Shown here one piece after another: positions 6,985-16,754 of a stretch of 52,473 nt of DNA. The DNA is from Polyangiaceae bacterium (GTDB lineage: Bacteria > Myxococcota_A > Polyangia > Polyangiales > Polyangiaceae): NCBI GenBank assembly GCA_035063585.1, contig JAPSGB010000032.1, positions 1-52,473 of the forward strand. Direction: 5' to 3'. The notes under the pieces were generated by a model that saw only the letters and a list, made by a program, of their open reading frames with translations, did not search any database and was not told the DNA's origin. The position numbers were made by a program, and so were the translations under genes. Position 1 is the stretch's first letter. Every line of letters starts with the position of its first letter.

Positions 6985-9672
6985 CTAGAGCGTCTGCTTG
7001 ACCTCTTCGGTCTCGAAGGCCTCGATGATGTCGCCTTCCTTGATGTCGTTGTAGCCGTCGAGGCCGATGCCGCACTCGAAGCCCTCCTTGACCTCGCGCG
7101 CGTCGTCCTTGAACCGCTTGAGGCTGATGAGCTTCCCTTCCCAGAGCTTCTCGCCCTCGCGGAACAGGCGCGCACCCGCGTTTCGCCGCACCAGCCCCTC
7201 GGTGACCATGCAGCCGGCGATGGTGCCGGCCTTGGAGACCTTGAACACCTGGCGCACCTCGGCCTTGCCGATCGTCTTCTCGACCAGGGTCGGGGCGAGG
7301 AGCCCTTCCATGGCCGCCTTCACGTCATCGACGATGTTGTAGATGATCGTGTACTGGCGGATCTCGATCTTCTCTTTTTGCGCGAGCGCGGTGGCCTTGC
7401 CCGCAGGACGCACGTTGAAGCCGATGATGATCGCGCCGGCGGCGACCGCGAGGTTCACGTCACCCTCGGTGATGGCGCCGACCGCCGAGTGCACGACGCT
7501 CACCTTGACCTTCTCCGTGCTGAGCTTCACGAGCGTGTCGGCGAGCGCCTCGACCGAACCCTGCACGTCGGCCTTGACGATCACCTTGAGCTCGAGCGTC
7601 TCGGACTCGCTCATGGCACGCGCGAGCTCCTCGAGCGACATGCGCGGGCCGCCGCTCGGCGGCAGCATGCTGCGGCGCTCTTTGGTCTTGCGCGTCTCGG
7701 CGATCTCCTGCGCCTTCTTCAGGTCGGTCACCACGTGGACCGTGTCGCCCGCGCTCGGGACGTCGCTCAGGCCGATGAGGGAGACCGGCGTGGAGGGCCC
7801 CGCCGCGTCGACCGTCTTGCCGTTCGAGTCGAGCATCGCGCGAACCTTGCCGAAGGCGGCGCCTGCGAGGATGACGTCCCCGCGCCGCAGCGTGCCCTCC
7901 TGCACCAGGATGGTCGCGACCGGGCCCTTGCCGCGGTCGAGCTCTGCCTCGACGACCACGCCGCTCGCGGGCTTGTCCGGGTTGGCGCGGAGCTCCAGCA
8001 TCTCGGCGACCAGGAGCACCTTGTCGAGGAGCTCGTCGACGCCCTTGCGGGTGAGCGCGCTCACCTCCTGGAAGAGCGTCTCGCCGCCCCACTCCTCGGG
8101 GACGAGGCCGAGATCGGCGAGCTCGCGACGCACGCGGTCGGGCTGCGCCTCCGGCTTGTCGCACTTGTTCACCGCCACCACGATCGGCACCTTCGCGGCG
8201 CGCGAGTGGTTGATGGCCTCCCGGGTCTGAGGCATCACGCCGTCGTCGGCGGCGACCACCAGAATGACGACGTCGGTCGTCTGCGCGCCGCGCGCGCGCA
8301 TCGCGGTGAACGCCTCGTGACCGGGCGTGTCGAGGAATGCGATGGGGCCCCGCGGCGTCTCGACGCGGTAGGCGCCGATATGCTGGGTGATTCCGCCGGC
8401 CTCACCGGCCACCACGTTGGTCTTGCGGATCTGATCGAGCAGGCTGGTCTTGCCGTGGTCGACGTGACCCATCACGGTCACCACCGGCGGACGCGGCTCG
8501 AGGCCCTCCTCTTCGGCCGCGGGCTCGAGCCCCATGGCGGCGACGATCGCGTCCTCCTCGCTCACCGCGACGTCCTCCACCTCCCAGCCGAACTCGTTCG
8601 CCACGATCTTGGCGGTGTCCGCGTCGAGCGTGCTGTTGATGTTCACGCCGGTCATGCCGAGGCGCATGAGCTTCATGAGCACCTCGGTCGCCTTGACGCT
8701 GATCTTGGCGGCGAGCATCTGGAGCCCGATGGATTCCTCGATTTTCACCACCTTCTTGTGCGCCGAGCGCTCCTGCGTGACGCTCTGCCCGGTGCCCTTC
8801 GGACGCGCGAAGGAGCCAAGCCCGCGGTGGCGAAGCCCGCCGCGCCCGCCCGGCCCCATCCGCGACGGGCCCCCGCGGTTGCGCGCGCCGCCCGGCCCCA
8901 TCGCGCCCGGCGCCTTGGCGTCGTACTGCACGCGCCGCGGCATCGGTCCGCCGCGAGGCGGCTGCGGCATCGGGACGCCCGGGCGCCCTTCCCACACGTC
9001 GATGCCCGTCTTCGGGGGACTCGATGGGCGAGGAGTGGTCTGGAGCGGCGCGGCCGGCGGCGCGGCCGCCTTCGGCGGCGCGGGAGCGGGCGCCGGGGCC
9101 GGCGGAGGCTCGGGCGCAGCGGCTGCCGCGGCGGACGGCTCGGGAGACGCCGGCGGCGGAGGCTCCGGCGGCGGAGCAGCGGCAGGCGGCGGCGCCGCGG
9201 CAGGCGCGGGCTCCGGCGCGGGCGCGGGCGCCGCAGCCGGTGACGAACGGACCTCGGGCGCGAGCGCGGACACCGGCGAGGACACCGGCGGAGGCGCCGC
9301 GGCCGGCGACGAGCGGACCTCCGGTGCGGCCGCGGCCGCCGGCGAGGAGGCCAGAGCGGGCCTCGCCTCGACGCGCTCGATGACCGGCTCCGGCGGCGGC
9401 GCAGGGGCGGGCGGCGGCGCGGCCTCCGCGGGCGCGTCGGGCTTGCGAACCGAGCGGCGCTTGACGACGGTCGGAGCGATCCGCTCCTCGACCACCTTCT
9501 CCGCGCCCTGCTTGTCGAGCGAGCGCTTCACGCGCTCGACGGCCTCGGGCGCCACCGCGCTCATGTGATTGCGCACCTCAGAAAACCCGGCGGACTGGAA
9601 CAGGGCGACCACCGCCTTGTTGTCCAGGCCCAGATCGCGGGCAACCTCGTAGACACGCACCTTGCTGCTCAT
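6985..9672 (-). CDS. infB: Translation initiation factor IF-2
   Basis: N-terminal KVRVYEVA, Pro/Ala linker, GHVDHGKT, GGITQHIGAY, DTPGHEAF, NKCD, C-terminal GFECGI; start ATG 9672. Confidence 0.98.
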   Translation of the reverse strand: MSSKVRVYEVARDLGLDNKAVVALFQSAGFSEVRNHMSAVAPEAVERVKRSLDKQGAEKVVEERIAPTVVKRRSVRKPDAPAEAAPPPAPAPPPEPVIERVEARPALASSPAAAAAPEVRSSPAAAPPPVSSPVSALAPEVRSSPAAAPAPAPEPAPAAAPPPAAAPPPEPPPPASPEPSAAAAAAPEPPPAPAPAPAPPKAAAPPAAPLQTTPRPSSPPKTGIDVWEGRPGVPMPQPPRGGPMPRRVQYDAKAPGAMGPGGARNRGGPSRMGPGGRGGLRHRGLGSFARPKGTGQSVTQERSAHKKVVKIEESIGLQMLAAKISVKATEVLMKLMRLGMTGVNINSTLDADTAKIVANEFGWEVEDVAVSEEDAIVAAMGLEPAAEEEGLEPRPPVVTVMGHVDHGKTSLLDQIRKTNVVAGEAGGITQHIGAYRVETPRGPIAFLDTPGHEAFTAMRARGAQTTDVVILVVAADDGVMPQTREAINHSRAAKVPIVVAVNKCDKPEAQPDRVRRELADLGLVPEEWGGETLFQEVSALTRKGVDELLDKVLLVAEMLELRANPDKPASGVVVEAELDRGKGPVATILVQEGTLRRGDVILAGAAFGKVRAMLDSNGKTVDAAGPSTPVSLIGLSDVPSAGDTVHVVTDLKKAQEIAETRKTKERRSMLPPSGGPRMSLEELARAMSESETLELKVIVKADVQGSVEALADTLVKLSTEKVKVSVVHSAVGAITEGDVNLAVAAGAIIIGFNVRPAGKATALAQKEKIEIRQYTIIYNIVDDVKAAMEGLLAPTLVEKTIGKAEVRQVFKVSKAGTIAGCMVTEGLVRRNAGARLFREGEKLWEGKLISLKRFKDDAREVKEGFECGIGLDGYNDIKEGDIIEAFETEEVKQTL

Positions 9673-10319
9673 CCATCCTCCGTGGCACCGCCCACCGGGG
9701 CGGTCCTCGAAATCGTCTCCGCCATCTGCACGATGGCGAGCGCGCTCGCAAGCGCCGTCGCGATCCGCGCGTCGAGCACCGCGAGCACCCCGACCTCCTC
9801 GCGCCCCGTGAGCGCGCCGAGGCTCGCCTTGGTCCCCCAGCCGAAGGCCTCCCCTCGACTCACCGCGGCCTCTACCCCGCTCGTCGATGCGGCCGCGCGC
9901 GCGTCGGTGGCGACCACGACCAGCCGGCCGCGCCCTGCGGCGAGCGCGTCGCGCACCGCCGCCGCTCCGGCCGCGAGGCTGCCCGAGCGCCGCGCGGCGG
10001 TGAGGAGCCCCGCGGCGCGCCGCGACGCCGCGACACCGAGCCGCCCGGCGAGCTCGCCCGGTGAGGTGCGGACGGTCGCCCGAAGGCTCCGCGACAGCCC
10101 TCCCGCCGCGGCTTTCCGCAGGCAGGCGGGCGTCGGGTGGAGCCACGCGCCGCGGCCGAACGCGCCGCCCGCGAGATCGACCACCACCCCACCCTCCGCG
10201 TCGAGCACGACCCGCACCAGCGCGCCCGCGCCGCCCCGCGCGCGGCAGCCGGCGCAGGTGCGCTCCGGCTCACCGCGCGAGCGCGCGTGACGCATGGTTG
10301 CCAAGCCCAGCTCCTCCAT
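9669..10319 (-). CDS. ylxR: YlxR/DUF448 domain fused to an L7Ae/YlxQ-like domain
   Basis: PERTCAGCR..LVRVV..GRGAWL..C (YlxR) followed by GLL.AARRSG.L..G..LVVVATDA..LGALTGR (L7Ae); lies between nusA and infB; alternative start ATG 10295. Confidence 0.87.
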   Translation of the reverse strand: MEELGLATMRHARSRGEPERTCAGCRARGGAGALVRVVLDAEGGVVVDLAGGAFGRGAWLHPTPACLRKAAAGGLSRSLRATVRTSPGELAGRLGVAASRRAAGLLTAARRSGSLAAGAAAVRDALAAGRGRLVVVATDARAAASTSGVEAAVSRGEAFGWGTKASLGALTGREEVGVLAVLDARIATALASALAIVQMAETISRTAPVGGATEDG

Positions 10320-10330
10320 CCTCGGATCCG

Positions 10331-11983
10331 CTACTCCTCGACGCGCGCCTCGGCGGGCGCGCTCTCGGCCGCCGCGCGCGCGGCGCGCGCCGCCTCGAGC
10401 TCCTGCACCTCATGCGTCAGGAAGTGCTGCGCCCCCTGCTGGACCTGCCGCGCCTTCTTGATGCCGAGACCGGTGCGGATCGCGAGGCGATCGGCGTCCT
10501 CTCGGGCAAGGTCGGCGACCGTGCGGTAGCCGGCGTCCTCGAGGAGCTGGAGCGTGCGGAGCCCGACGCCGCGCACGAAGCGGAGCTTCTCCCGCTCGGT
10601 GAGCGGCTCGGCGTGGCTCGACGCCTCGTCGATGCGCGACTTGCGCAGGCGCTCCATGGTGCCGTCGGCGCGCGCCTTGAGCGACTGCGCGGCCTCGGGT
10701 GTCCCAACGCCCTGGATCGGCACCAGCTCCTCCACGGTCGCCTCGGCGATCTCCTCGAGCGCGCGGAAGCCCAGCCGGTACATGGCGCGGGCGAGCTCCT
10801 CGTCGACCTCGTCGATCTCGCGCAGCGCCCCGAGCGCTTCCTCTTCCATCTGCTTGAACTTCGTCTCGCTGATGATGTCGAGCTTCCAGCCGGTGAGCTG
10901 GGAGGCGAGCCGCACGTTCTGGCCCTTGCGCCCGATGGCGAGGCTCAGCTTCTCGTCCGGTACCACGAGCTCCATGCGGTGATCGGCCTCGTCCATGATG
11001 ACCTTGTTCACCTCGGCCGGCTGGATCGCGTTGATGATGTAGCGCGCCGGATCACGGTCCCACGGCACGATGTCGATCTTCTCGCCGCGGAGCTCCTGCA
11101 CCACCGCCTGCACGCGCGAGCCCTTGATGCCCACGCAGGCGCCCACCGGATCGACGTCCGAGTCGCGGGTCGAGACGGCGATCTTGCTCCGGGCCCCGGG
11201 CTCCCGCGCCACCCCGACAATCTTCACGATCCCCTCGTAGATCTCGGGGACCTCCGACTCGAAGAGCTTGTCGACCAGGTGCGGATCGCTGCGGCTCAGG
11301 ATGATCATCGGGCCGCGCGCCTCGCGATCGATGTTCTTCACGAAGGCGACGATGCGGTCCCCCGGGCGGTACGTCTCGCGGGGCGTCTGCTCGCGCGCGG
11401 GCAGGATGCCCTCGGTGCGCCCGAGGTCGACCACGATGTTGTGGCCCTTCTCGAAGCGGCGAACGATCCCGCGGATGAGCTGCCCCTGACGATCCTTGTA
11501 CTCGTTATAGATGATGTCCCGCTCGGCGTCGCGGACGCGCTGGAGCAGGACCTGCTTGGCCGTCTGCGCCGCGATGCGGCCGAACGTGCTCCGCGCCTGC
11601 TTGATGTCGAGCACGGCTCCGAATTGCTTGTCCTGCTGCCGGGCGCGCTCGGCGTCGCGCGGATGCCAGAACACCTGGAACCCGAGGTCCTCGCCGACCT
11701 CGGCGTCGAGGCCGTGCTTCCGGGCGATGTCGAGCGCGATCTGGTGCTCGGGCTCGGTCACCTCTTCGACCACCGTCATGTACTGGAAGAGATCGATCTG
11801 ACCGGTGTCCGGGTTGAAGTGCGCCTCGAGCTCGCGCGTCGGACCGAAGGCCGCCTGCGCGGCCTTCAGGATCGCCTGCTCCATGGTCTCGATGAGGATC
11901 TGCTTGTCGATCCCCTTCTCCTGGGCGACCTGCTCGACGATGGTCCCGAGGTCGATGTCGAAGCCCGTTGCTTGCGATGCCAT
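10331..11983 (-). CDS. nusA: Transcription termination/antitermination factor NusA with C-terminal HhH-like extension
   Basis: FGRIAAQTAKQV, S1 domain, AREPGARSKIAV, DPVGACVG, SLAIGRKGQNVRLASQLTGWKLDI; start ATG 11983. Confidence 0.98.
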   Translation of the reverse strand: MASQATGFDIDLGTIVEQVAQEKGIDKQILIETMEQAILKAAQAAFGPTRELEAHFNPDTGQIDLFQYMTVVEEVTEPEHQIALDIARKHGLDAEVGEDLGFQVFWHPRDAERARQQDKQFGAVLDIKQARSTFGRIAAQTAKQVLLQRVRDAERDIIYNEYKDRQGQLIRGIVRRFEKGHNIVVDLGRTEGILPAREQTPRETYRPGDRIVAFVKNIDREARGPMIILSRSDPHLVDKLFESEVPEIYEGIVKIVGVAREPGARSKIAVSTRDSDVDPVGACVGIKGSRVQAVVQELRGEKIDIVPWDRDPARYIINAIQPAEVNKVIMDEADHRMELVVPDEKLSLAIGRKGQNVRLASQLTGWKLDIISETKFKQMEEEALGALREIDEVDEELARAMYRLGFRALEEIAEATVEELVPIQGVGTPEAAQSLKARADGTMERLRKSRIDEASSHAEPLTEREKLRFVRGVGLRTLQLLEDAGYRTVADLAREDADRLAIRTGLGIKKARQVQQGAQHFLTHEVQELEAARAARAAAESAPAEARVEE

Positions 11984-11987
11984 TGCC

Positions 11988-12581
11988 TCACCTGCTTCGT
12001 TGCGGCCCGCCGCTCTTCTGGGCGTGGCCGGAGATGCGCCGCTTCGAGCCCTTCGGCTTCTGGGGCGCGCCGCCCGAGCGCCAATCGAACACCAGGCGGC
12101 CGTTGTCGATGTTCTCGAGCTCGATGGCGAGCTCGCCCCGTTCGGAGTCGATGAGCACGCGGCCCGCGCCGTCGAGCCCGTGCAGCGTGCCGCGCACGAC
12201 GGACTGGCCGCCCTCGGGCTCGCGCAGCTTGAGCCGCGCGAGCTGTCCGGCGAACCGCTCGTAGTCGCGCGCGCCGTAGAGCGCGCGGTCGAGACCAGGC
12301 GAGCCGACCTCGAGCCGGTAACGCTCGCCGATGACGTCCGCGACGTCGAGCGCCGCCGAGAGGTCGTGCGAGATGTCGCTGCAGAGCTCGATGGTGACGC
12401 CCGCGCCGGGCACCCGCGAGTCCGGCCGCTCGACGGTGAGCTCGAGCACGCGCTCACCGCGATCCGTCCGCCAGACGAGCTCGACGGCCTCGACGCCGTG
12501 CGCGCGCAGCACCGGCTCGACCGTCGCGACGACGCGCTCGCGATCGAGACCATGGAGCTTTTCGTGAGCGATAATGACCAT
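11988..12581 (-). CDS. rimP: Ribosome maturation factor RimP
   Basis: GVTIELC..IS..LD..D.I..RYRLEVGSPGLDR.L; first gene of the operon. Confidence 0.95.
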   Translation of the reverse strand: MVIIAHEKLHGLDRERVVATVEPVLRAHGVEAVELVWRTDRGERVLELTVERPDSRVPGAGVTIELCSDISHDLSAALDVADVIGERYRLEVGSPGLDRALYGARDYERFAGQLARLKLREPEGGQSVVRGTLHGLDGAGRVLIDSERGELAIELENIDNGRLVFDWRSGGAPQKPKGSKRRISGHAQKSGGPQRSR

Positions 12582-12602
12582 GTAGCGGTAGGCAGCGCGG
12601 CC

Positions 12603-12673
12603 GATCCACGCGAACCTCCATCGGACACTGGGCGACGAGAGCTACGAACCCAGCGAGGGGGTCCGCGTGGATC
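12603..12673 (-). promoter_or_regulatory. Long stem-loop in the rimP operon 5' leader
   Basis: On the mRNA strand GAUCCACGCGGACC pairs with GGUUCGCGUGGAUC, with an inner CUGGG/CCCAG helix. Confidence 0.6.
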
Positions 12674-12694
12674 CACCCGAGTTGTCGGGGCGAG

Positions 12695-12723
12695 AGCCTA
12701 CTCGACGGTCAAGTCTCACGCAA
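12695..12723 (-). promoter_or_regulatory. Sigma70-type promoter of the rimP-nusA-infB operon
   Basis: TTGCGT-17 nt-TAGGCT on the minus strand; same -10 hexamer as the tRNA promoter. Confidence 0.6.
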
Positions 12724-12918
12724 GCGCTCGAACGCGAACCCGGCATCTAATGTAACATCGCGATATTTATATATTTTTGTTTTCCGGGGCGGCGCGGAAG
12801 CGCGCGGGGCGCTTCGGCGCCGCTCGCGCCGGGCCTGGCCCGCCCCTCCCGCGCCGCTCGGCGCGGCGAGCCGGGCGCCCGCGCCGCCGGCCGCGACGGA
12901 CCGGCCAGCACCATCGGC

Positions 12919-14130
12919 TCAGGCCAGGTTCGGCAGCGTGACGACGTTGACGTGGAGGACCTCCTCGTCGAACGCCATGATCTCGCGCAGACACGCCTCG
13001 GAAGGCCGCGTGTCGGTGAGGATACGCGCGCAGGCGGCCTTGCCGCCCTCGAAGACCGTGTTGCCGAGCTCCTGGATGTTGATGTCGTGGCGCTTGAGCA
13101 CGCCGAGCACCACCGCCAGCGCGCCGACGCGGTCGCGGTGGCGCACCACGACCTGATAACGGCCGCGCGAGCTGGCGCTGATGTTGACCACGTTCGGCAC
13201 TTCCCCATGGAGAATGAAGCTGCGGAGCACGCGCACCGACTCGCTCGAGATGCTGAGCTGCGCCTCGTCGGTCGAGGCGCCGATGTGCGGCGTCGCATAG
13301 ACCAGCCCGGCGCGCAAAATCGGGTGATCGTAGGCGCCCTCGCGCTTGTCGGGCTCGCCGGGCAGCACGTCGAGCCCGACGCGCAGCCCCTTCCTCGGCG
13401 CCAACTCGGTGAGCGCGTCGTAGTCGACCAGCTCCGCGCGGGCGGTATTGATGAAGATGGCGCCGTCGGGCAAGGCCTCGAGCACCTGGCGCGACACCGC
13501 GCCGCGCGTGCGCTCGTTGAGCCCGAGGTGCACGGTGAAGATCCGAGAACGCGACGCGAGCTCGACCAGCGAGGACGCGCGCCGGACGCCGAGCTCGGCG
13601 GCGCGCGCGGCGGTGAGCGAGCGGCTGAAGGCGTGCGGCTCCACGCCGAGCGCGAGCCCCGCGCGGAGCACTGCGCGCCCGACCTCGCCGAGCCCCGCGA
13701 TACCGAGCGCGCGCCCCGAGAGCCCCGCCGCGCGCGCGTACTCGTTCTTCTCCCATTTTCCGGCCCGCAGGCTCGCGATCGCGTCCGGCACCCGCCGATC
13801 GAGCGAGCCCATCAGCGCGAGCGTCAGCTCGGCCACCGCCGCCGCGTTCTTGCCGGGGCAGTTGGCGACGTAGATGCCGCGCTCGCTCGCCGCGCGGACG
13901 TCGATGCGCCCGGTGCCGGAGCCGGCGCGGATGATGAGGTTCAGCGCGCGCGCCGCGTCGATGGCCGGCGCGCCCACCTCGGTGCCGCGCACGATGAGCA
14001 CCCCCACGCCGTCGAGCGCGGCCGGCAGCCGGCCCGCGTCGAGCTCCGGGTCGTAGGCGACCTCGACCCCGAGCGAGCGCATCTCGACGAGCGCGTCTTC
14101 GGCCAACTTGTCGGCAACTAGCACCCGCAT
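12919..14130 (-). CDS. serA: D-3-phosphoglycerate dehydrogenase-like D-2-hydroxyacid dehydrogenase with C-terminal ACT domain
   Basis: NAAAVAEL, GLGEVG Rossmann motif, INTAR, DV..GEP, TPHIGASTDEAQ, ACT domain HRDRVGAL...INI. Confidence 0.85.
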   Translation of the reverse strand: MRVLVADKLAEDALVEMRSLGVEVAYDPELDAGRLPAALDGVGVLIVRGTEVGAPAIDAARALNLIIRAGSGTGRIDVRAASERGIYVANCPGKNAAAVAELTLALMGSLDRRVPDAIASLRAGKWEKNEYARAAGLSGRALGIAGLGEVGRAVLRAGLALGVEPHAFSRSLTAARAAELGVRRASSLVELASRSRIFTVHLGLNERTRGAVSRQVLEALPDGAIFINTARAELVDYDALTELAPRKGLRVGLDVLPGEPDKREGAYDHPILRAGLVYATPHIGASTDEAQLSISSESVRVLRSFILHGEVPNVVNISASSRGRYQVVVRHRDRVGALAVVLGVLKRHDINIQELGNTVFEGGKAACARILTDTRPSEACLREIMAFDEEVLHVNVVTLPNLA

Positions 14131-14243
14131 GCGGGGCGGCTTTTATCACGTCCTAGGGCCGCCGGGTAGCAGGGCCGAGGGCATTTGCTGGTCCGGCGCG
14201 GCCGGCGGCGCGGCGCGCGCCCCGCTTCGCGAACCGGCGCGCC

Positions 14244-14738
14244 TCAGCCGCGCGGCGGCGGGGTGAAGCGCCGGCCGCCCAGCACGAGCGCCGGCGCGCC
14301 GCCCTCGCCCTCCACGACGAGCGGTGAGAGGGCGAGCTGCGCGGCCGGCGTGAAGCGCGCCTCGAGCGCGCCCTCCCTCACGCGGGCGTAAAGCGCGTCG
14401 CGCGCGCCCACGACGAGCGTCTCGAGCGCGAGCGGCTCCTCGCTGCCGTCGGACAGGCTGAGCCAGACCGAGTCGCCCGCGACGCGCGCGCCGCGCACGA
14501 AGAGCGGCGCGTCCTCGACCGTGAGGTAGGTCCAGTCGAACCCGTTCGACAGGATGAACCGCCCGTCGTCCGGGTGGCGCCCGATCCACGACGCGAACGC
14601 GGTCGCCATCCCGGCGTGCGTGACGGGCGCGCCCTCGTGCCAGAAGCGGCCGTCGGCGTCGAGCCGGATGGAGCTCTCGCGCGAGCGCCCGGGCGGCGGC
14701 GCCAGCCGGAAGAACTCGGGGTGGTCGCCCGGCTTCAT
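14244..14738 (-). CDS. DUF1285-like protein
   Basis: IRLDADGRFWHEG.PVTH...F...W.Y..VEDAPLFV...LSDG.EEPL; start ATG 14738. Confidence 0.7.
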   Translation of the reverse strand: MKPGDHPEFFRLAPPPGRSRESSIRLDADGRFWHEGAPVTHAGMATAFASWIGRHPDDGRFILSNGFDWTYLTVEDAPLFVRGARVAGDSVWLSLSDGSEEPLALETLVVGARDALYARVREGALEARFTPAAQLALSPLVVEGEGGAPALVLGGRRFTPPPRG

Positions 14739-14742
14739 CGAC

Positions 14743-16638
14743 TCAGGGCCCGCTGACCTCGAGCACGCGGCCGGCCTCGGCGCGCGGCTCCCGAGTCGTC
14801 GTGAGCGCGCGGTCCGGCCAGCGGATCTCGATGGAGTCGGCGGCCTCGCACCCGCCCAAGCCATAGTGGAGCACGGTGTCGTTCTGCATGCCCATGTGGC
14901 CGTAGCCGCCACCGACCTCGCGCACCTGCTCCACGCTGCCGGCGGTGACCGTCACCCGCGCGCCGATCGCGGCGGCGTTCACCGGCGCCTTGCCGGTGAG
15001 CCGCACCTCGAGGAAATGCCCGCGCGTGGAGGCGTCGTTCTCGTAGAGGTGAACCTCGTTCTTGCTCCAGGACTTGCCGCAGTCGCGCGCGGTGCCGCTG
15101 CCGACCACCACGTCGAGATCGCCGTCGCGATCGAAGTCGGCGATGGCGAGCCCGGAGGCGCACGGGTGGTGCAGGCCCCAAGCCGCGCCGACCTCCTCGA
15201 AGGTGCCGTCGGGCTTCTGGTGGAAGACGAGCGAGTACTGCTCCGCGTAGTCGCTCGCGCCGACCACCACGTCGAGCCGCCCGTCGTTGTCGAGATCCAC
15301 CGCGGCCGCGTGGATCCCTCCCTCGTTCCAATCGGCGGTCCGGTGCGGCCAGGCGAGCCCGGTCGCGGCGTTGCCGGGGCGCGTGAACGCGAACGCGCCG
15401 GCGGCGGCGGTGCCCACCAGGAGCTCCGACGAGTCGCTGCTGCCCCCCGCCCACCAGTGATGGATCTGCGCGTCGTAGAGATCCATGACGCCGTCTCCGG
15501 TGACGTCCGCGCAGACGGTGGTGAAGGTGTTGCCGTTGTTGCGCCACGGCTTCACGTCGTTCGCGCCCCAGTACGAGTCCGCCGGCGTGGGGCACTGGAC
15601 GGACGGCCGTACCTCGGCCGGGCACCTCGGATCCTCGGCGCCGTGCAGGGTGCACCAGCAGAGAAAGAACTGGTTGTCGCTGTAGTCCGCGTCGTCGTCG
15701 CCGGCGTAGCCCGTCTCCCGTCCGCGGTCGGTGAAATGGCCCGCGCCGTCGTTCAGGTAGAGCTGATTCCACTGGCGACCGTAGGCGCTGATGAGCAGAT
15801 CGGCGTCTCCGTCGCCGTCCACGTCGCACGAGCCGGCGGCGTAGGCCGGGCGCGAGTTCAGCCCCTCGTCGAAGCCGTTCGTCTCGGTGAGCAGCCCGGC
15901 GTCCGCGATCGACTCGCGAAACGTGCCGTCGCCGTTGCCGAGCTCGAGCCGCGCCTGGGTCCCGATCTCGGAGAACCCGTAGCGTTCGTACCAGCCGACC
16001 ACGAAGAGATCGATGTTGCCGTCGCGATCGACGTCCGCGAAGGTCGCCCCAGAGAGCGGCGTGCCAAGCTCGCCGATGGTGGGCAGCCGAGGGCCGAAGG
16101 TGAAGCGACCCGCGCCGTCGTTGATGAGGAGCTCGCTCCGGTCGGCGTCCGCGGGCGAGCTCGGGTCGGCCTTGCTCGGGTCGTAGTAGGTACCGCTGAA
16201 CACGTCGAGATCGCCGTCGTTGTCCACGTCCGCCACGACCGCGACCTGCGACGAGCGAATGGCGTCGGGCGCGCCGTCGCGGGTCTGGCCGAAGCCGCTC
16301 GCGACCGTCTCGTCGACGAAGCTCCGGCCCCCCGCCTTCCCGGGTCGGTTCATGAGGACGTGCGAGCGGAGCTCTCCGGCCGCGCTGCCGCGCAGGTTCG
16401 AGCCGATGGCCTCGACGATCAGATCCGGGAAGCCGTCACCGTCGAGATCCGCGGCGCGGAGGCGGTTACCGGTGATCTCGGCGAGGCCCCAGTCGGCGGT
16501 CCGGTCCGTGAAGGTGGGCGCGCCGCTCACCGCGTGCGGATCGCAGCTCGGCCCGGCATCCTTGCCGCCGCCATCATCGCCGGACGACGAGCACGCGACC
16601 ACGAGCGGGAACACCAGCACCCCGAGCCAAGCACGCAT
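14743..16638 (-). CDS. CRTAC1-family lipoprotein (FG-GAP/VCBS repeats plus C-terminal ASPIC/UnbV domain)
   Basis: Lipobox VVAC; several DxDxDGxxD repeats; C-terminal AIGARVTV..QVREV.GG.G..Q...LHYGLG..IEIRWP; start ATG 16638. Confidence 0.88.
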   Translation of the reverse strand: MRAWLGVLVFPLVVACSSSGDDGGGKDAGPSCDPHAVSGAPTFTDRTADWGLAEITGNRLRAADLDGDGFPDLIVEAIGSNLRGSAAGELRSHVLMNRPGKAGGRSFVDETVASGFGQTRDGAPDAIRSSQVAVVADVDNDGDLDVFSGTYYDPSKADPSSPADADRSELLINDGAGRFTFGPRLPTIGELGTPLSGATFADVDRDGNIDLFVVGWYERYGFSEIGTQARLELGNGDGTFRESIADAGLLTETNGFDEGLNSRPAYAAGSCDVDGDGDADLLISAYGRQWNQLYLNDGAGHFTDRGRETGYAGDDDADYSDNQFFLCWCTLHGAEDPRCPAEVRPSVQCPTPADSYWGANDVKPWRNNGNTFTTVCADVTGDGVMDLYDAQIHHWWAGGSSDSSELLVGTAAAGAFAFTRPGNAATGLAWPHRTADWNEGGIHAAAVDLDNDGRLDVVVGASDYAEQYSLVFHQKPDGTFEEVGAAWGLHHPCASGLAIADFDRDGDLDVVVGSGTARDCGKSWSKNEVHLYENDASTRGHFLEVRLTGKAPVNAAAIGARVTVTAGSVEQVREVGGGYGHMGMQNDTVLHYGLGGCEAADSIEIRWPDRALTTTREPRAEAGRVLEVSGP

Positions 16639-16754
16639 CTTCCGGCACCATACCATCTCGCCCGGGGCCGAGCGCGCGCGCGCCTCCGGCCGCGAGGCCG
16701 TGAGCGCCGCGGGAACCGGCGCGGACGGGCGTCGGGTCTGGTATGATCCCGGGC

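Noticed and set aside
9030..9440. Pro/Ala-rich repeats in the IF-2 N-terminal region
   Set aside because: A variable low-complexity linker is normal for IF-2 in GC-rich bacteria
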